From Deinococcus radiodurans R1 = ATCC 13939 = DSM 20539 (GTDB taxonomy: Bacteria > Deinococcota > Deinococci > Deinococcales > Deinococcaceae), in the NCBI RefSeq assembly GCF_000008565.1, contig NC_001263.1, positions 974,445-997,558 of the forward strand: 23,114 nt of DNA. Reading direction: 5' to 3'. The notes under the pieces are model-generated. The model did no database searches. It saw nothing but the letters and a program-made list of their open reading frames with translations, and was not told the origin of the DNA. How positions within the stretch are numbered: position 1 is the stretch's first letter; every line of letters begins with the position of its first letter. Below, piece by piece: positions 14,231 to 23,114 of the stretch. The position numbers and the translations under genes were made by a program.

Positions 14231-14991
14231 CAGGCGATCACCTTCGCTTCATTGCGCAGGAGGTTGAGCAGTTCGGCGGCGGCGGCCTGCGGGTCCTTGC
14301 CGTCGATCATCTTGTTCAGGCGGGCGCGGGTCTGGATCTCGGCGTTCACGGTGCGCACGCGGGGCTGCACGCCGTAGGTGTCGAGGCTGTCCTTGCGCAG
14401 CTCCTTCTTCTTGGCCTTCATGATGTTGGGCAGCGTGGGGTAACGCGGCTCGTTCAGGCCCTGCTGGGTGGTGACCACCGCGGGCAGGGGAGCGCGGAAG
14501 CTCTCATTGCCTTCGTCCACGTCGTGACGGCCCGTCACGCTGTCGCCCTCGACCTTCAGTTCGTTGGTCCAGGTGAGTTGCGGCCAGCCGAGGCGCTCGG
14601 CGGTGGCGGCGCCCAGGGCCTGCGAGTCCCAGTCAGCTTCTTGCCCGCCGACCAGAATCAGACCGGCGTTCTCGGCCTGCGCGACCTGCGCGACAATCTT
14701 GCTGAGGCTCACCGCGTCGATCTTCTCATCGGTTTCCACGTGAATGGCGCGGTCCACACCCATCGCCAGGGCGGTGCGCAGGGCATCTTCGTTGCGCTGC
14801 GGGCCGACGGCCAGGGCGATGATGGTGTCCACGGGAGCGCCGCCTTCACGCAGTCTCAGGGCTTCTTCCACGCCGTACTCGTCCATGCCGTCGACCACCA
14901 GGGTCGCGCCTTCGAGGTCCACACCGCTGCCGGCCACTTTCACGCGGGCTTCGGCGTCGGGCACCTGCCGTACCAGAGTCAGAATATTCAT
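14230..14991 (-). CDS. etfB: Electron transfer flavoprotein subunit beta
   Basis: 253 aa, [12 protein letters not shown]...VDRAIHV...[16 protein letters not shown], a typical EtfB. It is translationally coupled to etfA. Confidence 0.95.
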
Positions 14992-15307
14992 GCGTCTCCC
15001 TCCACTTCACCATGCTGCCGGTCGGGGCAGCTGAATGTTGACTTGCTTACCGGCTTGCCGGACTCGCCACACAAGTTTGTACTCGGTACAAGTTAGCGTG
15101 TGAGGCTCAGATTTTCCACCACTTCCAGCACCCCCTATATTACTGCGCCGGGCATTAGGGGGTAGGGTGATGGCTTACCCAATCCTGTCTCTGGCACCGT
15201 ACTCAGTCGCCCTGGCACCCGGAGCTGACCGCCAGCTTTCCGTTGCCTCAAGGCGAACTCAAGCGCCTGATGAGAAGGGCTCATAGAAAAAGTGGACAGT
15301 AACAGGC

Positions 15308-16003
15308 ATGAAGAAGTTCCTTGCTCTGTCCACCACCGCCCTGCTCGCCACCGCTGCCGCGCAGACCACCGTCGTCGTGCAGCCCTCGTCCAGCCTGGGC
15401 CTGCGCGGTCTGGAATTCGGCGTGCTCGGCGGCTACGCGGGCGGCCTGAACGGTGAAGTCTTTGTCCACGCGCCGAACGTGGCTGGCCCGGTGGGCGTCA
15501 AGCTCAGCGCCTCGCAGACCTCCGCCAGCGACGCCCTGCGCGACGACGTGAGCGTCAACTCGACCCTGGGCCTGGGCACCTTCGGCAGCTATAAGCAGCA
15601 GGGCCTGGCGACCGAAAGCGGCAGCCACAGCACCTACGCCCTCGACGGCACCTACAACCTGGGCCAGGTCGGACGCGGCGTGGACCTGACCGCCTACGCG
15701 GGCGGGCGCTACGGCACCTTCAGCGCCACCGAAACCTACGCGGGCGACGCCGCCCTCTCGCAGACCACCCGCACCAGCGCGTTCGGCGTGGGCGCCGGCG
15801 CCATGCTCGGCTACCGCATCAGCGACCGTGCCAGCCTGATCGGCGACCTCGGCGTGGACCAGTACTTCAACGGCGCCATCACCAACGGCACCGACGCGGG
15901 CACCTACCAGACCGGTGAAGCCGGCTACAACGATGTGCGTGCCCGTTTCGCCTTCCCCGGCACCGTGTTCAAGGCCAAGGTGGGCGTCAAGTTCAACTTC
16001 TAA
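15308..16003 (+). CDS. Outer membrane beta-barrel protein (porin/OmpW-like fold, family unassigned)
   Basis: Signal peptide [19 protein letters not shown], a Gly/Tyr/Thr/Ser-rich sequence with alternating pattern, and a C-terminal ...KVGVKFNF ending in Phe, as in OMP beta-signals. Confidence 0.75.
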   Translation: MKKFLALSTTALLATAAAQTTVVVQPSSSLGLRGLEFGVLGGYAGGLNGEVFVHAPNVAGPVGVKLSASQTSASDALRDDVSVNSTLGLGTFGSYKQQGLATESGSHSTYALDGTYNLGQVGRGVDLTAYAGGRYGTFSATETYAGDAALSQTTRTSAFGVGAGAMLGYRISDRASLIGDLGVDQYFNGAITNGTDAGTYQTGEAGYNDVRARFAFPGTVFKAKVGVKFNF

Positions 16004-16407
16004 GCGCTTTCCTCTGAACGACTCCCCGGCTCCGGCTGGGGGGTTTTCTTTTGGCGTTCGAGCAGGCTTTGGAGCTGGCTGAACGCCGCCACCGTGCGTG
16101 GAAATCCGAGGTAGGGGACACACAGCAGCAGGGCTTCGCGAACCTCCTGCTCTGTCGCTCCGGCGCGCAGGGCACCGCGCAGGTGGGTCTTGAGCTCGTC
16201 GGGGCTGCCGAGCGAGACGAGCAGCACGCTGGCGAGCAGTTCCTTCGTCTTGAGGTCGAGGCCGGGCCGTTCGTACACCGTGTCGTAGGCGAAGTCGCGG
16301 ATATACGCCATCAGGTCGGGGTCGAGCGCGGCGAGCCGGTCGAGGATGCGCTCCTCCTGCGCGCCGAAAATGGCTTGCCGGGCGGTGGTGGGGGCGTCGT
16401 CGGACAT
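16000..16407 (-). CDS. Carboxymuconolactone decarboxylase (CMD/AhpD-like) family protein
   Basis: 135 aa, ...[33 protein letters not shown]...[33 protein letters not shown], the typical CMD domain pattern. Confidence 0.85.
   Translation of the reverse strand: MSDDAPTTARQAIFGAQEERILDRLAALDPDLMAYIRDFAYDTVYERPGLDLKTKELLASVLLVSLGSPDELKTHLRGALRAGATEQEVREALLLCVPYLGFPRTVAAFSQLQSLLERQKKTPQPEPGSRSEESA
16024..16052 (+). terminator. Rho-independent terminator of the OMP gene
   Basis: CCCCGGC-TCCG-GCTGGGG forms a 7 bp stem including one G-U pair, followed by GGTTTTCTTTT. It lies inside the C-terminal tail coding region of the convergent CMD gene. Confidence 0.7.
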
Positions 16408-16445
16408 GGAGACAGCATGGCAGGCCCGCGCCTCGCTGACCCCGT

Positions 16446-17033
16446 ATGCTGCCTGCGCCCATGACCCGCCGCTCTGTGCCTAGGCCACGCCGCCTGCATG
16501 TCCTGGGGGCTTCGGGAGCGGGAACGACGACGCTGGGACGGGATCTGGCCGCCGCATTGCAGCTCGGGCACTTCGAGACAGACGACTTCTTCTGGGCCCC
16601 GTCCGACCCGCCTTACCACGTTAAACGGGCACCCGAACAGCGCCTGAGCCTGCTTCGTGAAGCGTTAGTGGACGGCGATGGCTGGGTGCTCAGCGGCTCG
16701 CTGTGTGGCTGGGGCGACCCGCTGATGGCGGAGTTCGACGCGGTTATCTTCGTGACGTTGCCGACTCCGTTGCGGCTCGAGCGCACCCGCCAGCGCGAAC
16801 GGGCGCGGTTCGGCGCGCAACTCGACGAAGGCGGCGCCATGCACCGGCGGCAGCTGGACTTCATGGCATGGTCGGCCGGTGACGACGACCCGGCGTCCAG
16901 CGTGGGCCGCAGCCGCCTGGTTCATGAAGCGTGGCTGGCGCGGCTTTCGTGCCCTGTCGTGCGGGTGGACAACGCCGGAACGCAGGCAGACACACTGGGC
17001 GAGGTGCTGGCCCGGCTGTCTGCCCTGCCTTGA
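16446..17033 (+). CDS. P-loop NTPase, adenylate kinase-like / AAA-family ATPase
   Basis: Walker A motif [12 protein letters not shown] near the N-terminus and a small size (195 aa). The start could instead be the Met 5 codons downstream. Confidence 0.7.
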   Translation: MLPAPMTRRSVPRPRRLHVLGASGAGTTTLGRDLAAALQLGHFETDDFFWAPSDPPYHVKRAPEQRLSLLREALVDGDGWVLSGSLCGWGDPLMAEFDAVIFVTLPTPLRLERTRQRERARFGAQLDEGGAMHRRQLDFMAWSAGDDDPASSVGRSRLVHEAWLARLSCPVVRVDNAGTQADTLGEVLARLSALP

Positions 17034-17037
17034 AACG

Positions 17038-17541
17038 CTAGCGGTCCTTGACCACCGGCTTGAGCGTCGGAATGCGCAGCCCGCCGCGCCCGTCCCAGCC
17101 CTTGAAGGCATAGAAGCGGCCCGGCTCGCCCGTGTTGAGGTAATCGGCGAGCGGCTCACGCATGGGCGGCGAGTCGAGTTTGTCGAGCGCCTCGTCCACC
17201 GTGCAAAAGCGGGCCTCGACAATGAACCCGTCGGGGTCGGCGGGGTTGAGCAGCCCTTCCCAGGTGGCCTCGAAGGCGACAGCGATGGCGCGTTCGCCCC
17301 GGCGCTCGTCTTCGATATGCACCGTGTAGGCCATGTGCTTGATGCCGGTGAGTTTCAGCCCGGTTTCCTCGTAGATTTCGCGGTAGAGCGCCTCGGGGAG
17401 CGTTTCGCCGTGTTCGACCACGCCGCCGGGAAGGGTGTGGCGCACCCGCCCGTGCCCCTGCCAGTCGTTGCCGACGAGCAGCACCCGCCCAAAGCGGTCG
17501 CGCAGGATGCCTGCCGCGACCAGCAGATCACGCCGCCCCAT
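17038..17541 (-). CDS. NUDIX hydrolase
   Basis: Nudix box [24 protein letters not shown] (Gx5Ex7REUxEExGU). It overlaps the 3' end of prfA by 14 nt, so it is probably co-transcribed. Confidence 0.9.
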   Translation of the reverse strand: MGRRDLLVAAGILRDRFGRVLLVGNDWQGHGRVRHTLPGGVVEHGETLPEALYREIYEETGLKLTGIKHMAYTVHIEDERRGERAIAVAFEATWEGLLNPADPDGFIVEARFCTVDEALDKLDSPPMREPLADYLNTGEPGRFYAFKGWDGRGGLRIPTLKPVVKDR

Positions 17542-18655
17542 GCTGGTCCTCGGCGCCTTCTTGCGACATGGCGAGCAGTTGCTCTTCTCTCTGGGCGCGG
17601 GCCAGGGCCGACACCACCGGAGCGAGCCCCCCGGCCATTACCGCGTCGAGTGGATGGTTCTTGTCTTCACCCTCCAGGCGGTGGTCGGTCACGCGGTTTT
17701 GCGGGTAGTTGTAGGTGCGGATTTTTTCCGAACGGTCGCCGCTGCCCACCTGCGAGGCGCGTTCCTGGCGTTCCTGCGCCTCGCGCGCGGCGCGCTCCCG
17801 TTCGGCGAGCCGGGCAGTGAGCACTTGCAGCGCCTTTTCACGGTTCTTGATCTGCGAGCGCCCGTCCTGACAGATCACCATGATTTCGTCGGGAGTCCCG
17901 GCGCGGTACACGGCCCGGACCGCCGAGTCGGTGGTGTTCACGCCCTGCCCGCCCGCGCCCTGCGAGCGGAATACGTCGATGCGGACCTCGGACAGGTCGA
18001 GGTTGACCTCGCCGGGTTCGGCCTCGGGCAGCACGGCGACGGTGGCGGTGGAGGTGTGGATGCGCCCCTGCGACTCGGTGGCAGGCACGCGCTGCACCCG
18101 GTGAACGCCGCGTTCCCACTTCAGGGCGCGAAAGGCGAAGTCGCCAGTCACTTCGGCCACGACTTTGCTCGCGCCGCCCAGGTCACTCTCGGCCGCGTCG
18201 AGGACGTTGAGCTTGAGGTTCAGCCCCGCCGCGTAGCGTTCGTACATCCGCAGCAGGTCCATCACGAACAGCCCCGCCTCGGCGCCGCCCGCTCCGGCGC
18301 GCAGTTCCAGAATCACGTCCTTGCCGTCGTCGGGGTCGGTGGGAAGCAGCAGCACTTCGAGTTCGGCTTCGATTTCGGCCAGTCGCGCCTGTAGGCCGCC
18401 GACCTCGAGCTGCGCCAATTCCTTCATGTCAGGGTCGCGCATGTCGGGGTCTTGCAGCAGTTCGCGGGCGCCGCTCAGGTCCGCTTCCGCCTGCTCGCGC
18501 TCGCGCACCAGCGTGACGAGCGGCAGCAGCTCGCGGTGACGGCGGGTCAGCCGGGCATACTCGCGGCCATCGGCCAGCGCCTGCGGGTCACCCAGGCGGC
18601 GCTCGACGAGGCCGAATTCGGACACCAGTTCGTTGAGGCGGCTCATGTTCGCCAC
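17528..18655 (-). CDS. prfA: Peptide chain release factor 1
   Basis: 375 aa with the PAT tripeptide motif ([13 protein letters not shown]), specific to RF1, and the GGQ motif ([15 protein letters not shown]). Confidence 0.97.
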   Translation of the reverse strand: MANMSRLNELVSEFGLVERRLGDPQALADGREYARLTRRHRELLPLVTLVREREQAEADLSGARELLQDPDMRDPDMKELAQLEVGGLQARLAEIEAELEVLLLPTDPDDGKDVILELRAGAGGAEAGLFVMDLLRMYERYAAGLNLKLNVLDAAESDLGGASKVVAEVTGDFAFRALKWERGVHRVQRVPATESQGRIHTSTATVAVLPEAEPGEVNLDLSEVRIDVFRSQGAGGQGVNTTDSAVRAVYRAGTPDEIMVICQDGRSQIKNREKALQVLTARLAERERAAREAQERQERASQVGSGDRSEKIRTYNYPQNRVTDHRLEGEDKNHPLDAVMAGGLAPVVSALARAQREEQLLAMSQEGAEDQHGAA

Positions 18656-18976
18656 TGGGTCAGCCGTAGGGTCGGCCCCTGACGGCTTTTTTGCATGGGG
18701 GTGGTCACAGGAAACATGCCGGGTAGTCTAGCGCCCCGGTTCCACCCTTCTCGGGCATGGCAAACGAAAGGTCAGCAGGCCGCTTATCCCGCGCCCCCCA
18801 CAAGCCGCGCCGGGAATTTGTGTCATCTGCGCGGCGATACGACCCGCGCTGGGAGGCCACTGCCCGCATGTTTGGTGTTTCTGGACGGGTAACGAGCGGC
18901 CCTTGTGTTGGAAGCGGTTCCTGCGGCACTATCTCGGAGTCTAACCACAGCCGTGACTTCTCTTTTCGGAGGCCTT

Positions 18977-20292
<1,316 letters not shown>

Positions 20293-20308
<16 letters not shown>

Positions 20309-20458
20309 TTGAACCTCACACGACTAAAGTCGCGTGATTCTCACTTCGCAGACCATTGCCCGCCGAAGCAGGTCTGACATAGCCTCCATGAGCGTTTAAG
20401 GTGTCTGAGATTCCCGCAGCCACCAACGCTTCACGCCGAATGTTCAGCGCAGCGTTCT
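20293..20458 (-). ncRNA. TnpB-associated omega RNA / reRNA: roughly 150-nt scaffold overlapping the tnpB 3' end and right end, plus a 16-nt guide from flanking DNA
   Basis: The minus strand reads ...GAATCTCAGACACCTTAAACGCTCATGGAGGCTATGTCAGACCTGCTTCGGCGGGCAATGGTCTGCGAAGTGAGAATCACGCGACTTTAGTCGTGTGAGGTTCAA|GCTCATGCGGTGGCCT. Visible helices are CAGACC/GGTCTG enclosing CCTGC-TTCG-GCGGG, and CACGCGAC-TTTA-GTCGTGTG. This matches my recollection of the ISDra2 scaffold. The 5' end is uncertain and could extend to about 20540. Confidence 0.8.
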
Positions 20459-21542
20459 CGTCTCGGTCATGGGTTTCCCCACAGTTCGGGCAAGTCCATG
20501 TACGGACGGCAAGATTCTTCACTTCGGGATTCTTGAATCCGCAGTCATGACACAACTGGCTAGATGGAAAGTAGGGGCTGACTTTAGATACCAGTCGCCC
20601 GTACCACGCTGCCTTGTATTCCAACTGCCGGATGAACTCACCCCAGCCCGCATCACTGATGCTCAGTGCAAGGCGGCGATTTTTCCGCATGTTGTCGGGT
20701 TTAAGGTGTTCGGTTCCGATGATTTCGTACTCACGCACCAGGGAGGTGGTGAGCTTGTGAAGGAAATCCTGACGCTTATTGACAATGCGCTTGTGAATCC
20801 GAGCCAGCTTGGTTTTCGCTTTCCCGTAACGTGCGCTGCCCTTCTTCCGTCTGGACAGGGTTTGCTGAGCTTTACGAAGTCTTTTCAGGGTGGAGCGGTA
20901 ATATTTCGGATTCTGTTCATGCTTAAACCTCACGCCATCGGTCACGATGGCAAAATCCTTGATGCCGACATCCACACCCGCTGCAAACTTGGGAGCCGCA
21001 GGCAGGTAGGGAATCTCGACTTCACAGAGAACGGACGCTTCGTAATGGCCTTCGTGAATACGGCGCACAGTGACATTCAGAATCTTCCCTTGAATATCCT
21101 GCTGGCCCTTGGTTTTCACCCATCCCAGCTTAGGAAGTTTGAGCCTACCTTCCCCAATTTGGATGTTGTTGTTGGTGAATTGAGTCCGGTAGGACTCTCC
21201 CGTGCGCTTCTTTCTGAAACGTGGGAATCCTACCTTTTTACCGGACTGCTTCACAGTCCGAAAGAAGTTCTTGTACGCGGTCTCAAGGTTTTTCAGCGAG
21301 TTCTGCAAAGCAAACTTATCTACTTCCGAGAGCCAGGAGGTTTCTTCAGCCTGCTTCAGAAGGGTCAGTTCGCTACTCGTTTGCCCGTAGGTCAGTCCCT
21401 TCCCGCTTTCCTTGTAGGCCGCAATGCGACGGGCAAGGAAGTGGTTGTAGACGAACCTTGCGCTACCCAGCGTGCGGTTAATCAGTTCAGTCTGAGCCGC
21501 ATTTGGGTACAGCCTGACCACGAAAGCCTTATTCCTTATCAT
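20316..21542 (-). CDS. tnpB: TnpB, RuvC-like RNA-guided DNA endonuclease (OMEGA / Cas12 ancestor)
   Basis: 408 aa. The RuvC triad is D191 ([11 protein letters not shown]), E278 (IIGTEHLK) and D361 ([12 protein letters not shown]). A zinc finger is formed by CHDC(331-334)...CPNC(351-354). The sequence matches ISDra2 TnpB as I remember it. Confidence 0.98.
20317..20336 (-). repeat. Right-end subterminal hairpin (TnpA recognition element as DNA; 3' stem of the omega RNA)
   Basis: Minus-strand CACGCGAC-TTTA-GTCGTGTG forms 8 bp with one G-T pair. It lies 7 nt from the element end (GGTTCAA). Confidence 0.75.
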
Positions 21543-21951
21543 GCTGGCTCTCTATGTATTTCTGAATCTGAGCGCGGGTGTTTTCAGAAACAGTCAGGAT
21601 GCAATACGACGGGTTCCAGAGATTGCCGCCCCACAGCTTTTCTTTCAACTGCGGGTAGGCCACGAACATCCGACGTGCGGAAGCGCCTTTCAGCGCCTTC
21701 ACGAAGTCGGGGATGGCTTGCTGTGGGGTTGCGCTTAGCAGGAGGTGAACGTGGTCAGGCATGACTTCCATCGTGATGACTTCCAGCCCGTTCTGAGCGG
21801 CAATGTCACGCAGGATGTCTTTCAGTCCATCAGCAACCTCACCCACCAACACCTGATGACGGTATTTCACGCACCAGATGAGGTGGTATTCAAGCTGATA
21901 GACGTAACCCCGGCCTTTCTTCATCTCAAGGGGAAGAATAACATATGTCAT
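21529..21951 (-). CDS. tnpA: IS200/IS605 HUH single-strand DNA transposase (Y1)
   Basis: 140 aa with the HUH motif H67-V-H69 (MPDHVHLLL) and the catalytic Tyr in the C-terminal helix (QKYIESQ, Y132). Confidence 0.97.
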
Positions 21952-21980
21952 CTGGAAAAGCTAGAGGCTTCCGCTTTTCA

Positions 21981-21998
21981 TCGCCCTTTTCAGGGCGA
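21981..21998 (-). repeat. Left-end subterminal hairpin
   Basis: Minus-strand TCGCCC-TGAAAA-GGGCGA forms a 6-bp perfect stem. It sits between the element tip (22044) and the tnpA start (21951). Confidence 0.7.
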
Positions 21999-22044
21999 GA
22001 GGGGCTAACTCATGACTGAAGTCACGAGTGTGCGCCCCTCAAGC

Positions 22045-23018
<974 letters not shown>

Positions 23019-23031
23019 ATCCACACGCGAA

Positions 23032-23066
23032 AAGGGCCGCTTCCTCGACGGGGCGGCCCTTTTTGT
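23032..23066 (+). terminator. Rho-independent terminator downstream of gdh
   Basis: AAGGGCCGC (23032-23040) pairs with GCGGCCCTT (23053-23061), a 9-bp stem followed by TTTTGTT. It lies 14 nt after the out-of-frame TAA. Confidence 0.8.
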
Positions 23067-23114
23067 TGGTTGCTGGGGTGCGTTCAGGACATTCGACAGA
23101 AAAAGACACCCTCC

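Larger units (their letters stand above)
20309..22044 (-). mobile_element. IS200/IS605-family insertion sequence, ISDra2-like (tnpA-tnpB), 1736 bp
   Basis: tnpA and tnpB overlap by 14 bp. There are no terminal inverted repeats; instead each end has a subterminal hairpin. The left end abuts TTGAT (minus strand) and the right end finishes ...GTGTGAGGTTCAA. GC content is visibly lower than the flanks. Both flanking genes lose homology exactly at these coordinates. Confidence 0.95.

Noticed and set aside
15100-15150. A possible sigma-70-type promoter (TTCCAC-N16-TATATT) and a CCCCCTA/TAGGGGG inverted repeat upstream of the OMP gene.
   Set aside because: The -35 match is weak, the spacing is marginal, and there is no way to verify a start site from sequence alone. 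It is noted only as the AT-richest spot in the intergenic region.
15192-15220. Two copies of CTGGCACC that resemble the -24 element (TGGCAC) of sigma-54 promoters.
   Set aside because: No TTGC-like -12 element sits at the required 5-nt spacing after either copy. As far as I know Deinococcus lacks RpoN.
15281-16462. A 393-aa minus-strand ORF spanning the OMP and CMD loci.
   Set aside because: It is antisense to the OMP gene and out of frame with the CMD gene. Its composition is Arg/Ala/Gly/Pro-rich low complexity. The shorter 16000..16407 frame carries the CMD domain.
20469-21764. A 431-aa stop-free plus-strand ORF antisense to almost all of tnpB and part of tnpA. This is striking in a region of only moderate GC.
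   Set aside because: Over tnpB it is exactly codon-aligned with the sense frame, so it only requires that tnpB avoids TTA, CTA and TCA codons, which are rare in a high-GC host. The protein is low-complexity with no recognisable motifs, whereas TnpB on the other strand has unambiguous catalytic motifs. It is worth a glance in ribosome profiling data but is not called.

Overview
High-GC chromosomal segment. The gene content and several protein sequences look like Deinococcus, most likely D. radiodurans, but this is recognition from memory and not a database hit. Most of the window is ordinary housekeeping DNA: a partial RluA-family pseudouridine synthase, an FMN reductase-like protein, argC/lysY, an S10 serine carboxypeptidase, a GMC oxidoreductase, metH, a secreted protein, a short MetF-like reductase, a secreted DUF4139-like protein, etfBA, a beta-barrel outer membrane protein, a CMD-family protein, a P-loop kinase, a NUDIX hydrolase, prfA, and pckA. 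The exception is 20309..22044 on the minus strand, a visibly lower-GC 1736-bp IS200/IS605-family element. I recognise it as ISDra2. It encodes a 140-aa HUH/Y1 transposase (TnpA) and a 408-aa TnpB with a RuvC-like D/E/D triad and a CxxC..CxxC zinc finger. The 3' end of tnpB plus the right end of the element encodes a structured non-coding RNA (omega RNA, also called reRNA). This RNA reads out into about 16 nt of flanking DNA, and the left end abuts a TTGAT motif. Together these form a compact transposon-borne RNA-guided DNA nuclease module, ancestral to Cas12, and this is the most interesting system in the window. The element is flanked by two different truncated genes: pckA is cut after codon 444, and a glutamate dehydrogenase is missing about its first 100 codons. 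The junction sequences suggest recombination between two element copies, or an assembly collapse. Other points of note are a candidate SAM-type riboswitch leader before metH, a perfect 10-bp hairpin covering the SD of the metF-like gene, a palindromic intergenic repeat present twice, and several intrinsic terminators. I saw no CRISPR array, cas genes, tRNA or rRNA. Many long ORFs in the supplied track are alternative-frame or antisense artefacts of the high GC content.
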